Source: Octopus sinensis
Lineage: Eukaryota
NCBI RefSeq assembly: GCF_006345805.1
Contig: NC_042999.1
Location: forward strand, 12,958,001 to 13,022,000
DNA length: 64,000 nucleotides
Direction of reading: 5' to 3'
In this document: in pieces, positions 62,730 through 64,000 of the stretch
Layout of the letters: each line of letters begins with the position of its first letter
How positions within the stretch are numbered: the first letter of the stretch is position 1
The notes under the pieces: generated by a model
What the model saw: the letters and a program-made list of their open reading frames with translations, nothing else
The model's database searches: none
Told to the model about the DNA's origin: nothing
Made by a program: the position numbers and the translations under genes

Positions 62730-64000
62730 GCCACCTCCCTCTCGCTCACACCTTCTCGCTTTCTTTCCCTCCTTCGCTATTCATAGAAGCTCTACTTCTC
62801 TCCTCATCCTCCACATCTTATTTACATACTCTATTTTTCTTTATCTCTCTCTCTCTGTATTTACACATACTCTATTTCTCTCTTCCCTCTTTGTTCTCCC
62901 CCTCCGTATTGACACTCTCTATTTCTCTCCCTCCTTCTCTCTCTATTCCTGCACACTATCTCTATCTCTTTATTCATACACACTATATCTCTCTCATGTG
63001 CTCTCTTCATACTCACACGCATTCTATTGCTCTTTGTCCCCACTTTCGTTCTTTTCACATCTACTCTACCTCTGTATCCCTCCCTGTCTATTCACATACG
63101 ATTTTTTTCACTCTCTCTTTTTATCCCGGTAGATACACAATCTATTTCTCTCTCTCTCTCTCTCTCCCATCGTTATTAAAACGCACTTTTTCTTCTCCCC
63201 TCATCTTCACCAACCTAAACTACTTCATCACTTTCACTCTTTTCCTTTTTCTCTTCTTTCCCATCCTCTTCTTTCTACTTAATCCGGTAATCTCAGCATA
63301 ATTTTACAACTCTTTCTTTCACTCCCCCTTTTTCTCTCTTTTCATTTGCCCTTATATTTCTCCTGTCTATCTTTCCCTCCTTTATTTTCCCCTTTTTTCT
63401 CTCACTTTTCTTTCTCGCTGTTTCTTTTCAATTCTTCCTCTTTATTTTTTTTTTACTTTTCTGTTCTTATTTCTCGCCTTTATCACCTTTCTTCTGTCTC
63501 TCTCTCTCTCTTCTATATATTCCCATCTTCTAAACCGAGTCTTCTCAGCTATTTCCCTGCCTCTTTATATCACTCTTACTCTTTTTTCTACATCTCTTCC
63601 TCCATTTTCTCTCTCTACCTCTCCATCTTAATTCTCCCCTATCTTCAGTGTTCCTTCCATTCAATCACCTTGCCCCTCTCTCCCTTTACTCTTCACTCTC
63701 TTTAGCTCTCTTCTTTTAATTCTCTTCCTCCATCGATTTTTATCTTCTTTTTTCCCCTCTCTTTCTCTTCTTTTTTATCTTTGCGTTTTTTATACTTCTC
63801 CATCAGTTACCACTATGCTTTTCTTACTCTCTCTCTATCTCTCACTCTATATCTCTCACTCTATATCTCTCCCTCTTTCTTTCTCCTTTTCCTTTCTTTT
63901 CTCTTAATTCTATTAGCTCCATTACCTTTCCTGTTGGATTTTACTCATTCTTTCCTTCTTCTAAGCAATATCATTAATTCCCCCCTCAACTTTAAAGACA
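62730..64000 (+). repeat. CT-rich low-complexity polypyrimidine tract
   Basis: Direct reading; the Ser/Leu/Phe ORFs here are compositional artefacts. Confidence 0.85.

Noticed and set aside
62692-63705. Ser/Leu/Phe-rich ORFs resembling membrane proteins
   Set aside because: Compositional artefact of the CT-rich low-complexity tract.

Overview
AT-rich, microsatellite-dense eukaryotic DNA whose repeat families look like those of an octopus (coleoid cephalopod); the species cannot be fixed from sequence alone. Only one host gene is supported: a DENND5A/B (Rab6IP1) orthologue on the minus strand. Its first coding exon is at 61779-61872 and the next recognisable exon at 5566-5675. They join in frame across a 56.1-kb phase-1 GT-AG intron that fills almost the whole window. 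The intron is full of transposon remnants: three head-to-tail R4/Dong-like LINE 3' ends, a HERO-like LINE, CR1-like and RTE-like LINEs, two mariners, a Mutator-like transposase relic, two Helitron-like non-autonomous elements, piggyBac-like and Merlin-like MITEs, and tRNA-derived SINEs. The most interesting signal is a set of minimal type I hammerhead ribozyme motifs. One family is present twice, pointing outward, in a ~99% identical 311/314-bp inverted repeat (22346-23503). A second, sequence-unrelated and more degenerate motif with the same architecture lies in the spacer of another foldback (25533-26409). Two of the three motifs are on the DENND5 pre-mRNA strand. All coordinates, alignments and structures were read by eye. 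Most ORF-track entries are microsatellite or repeat artefacts.
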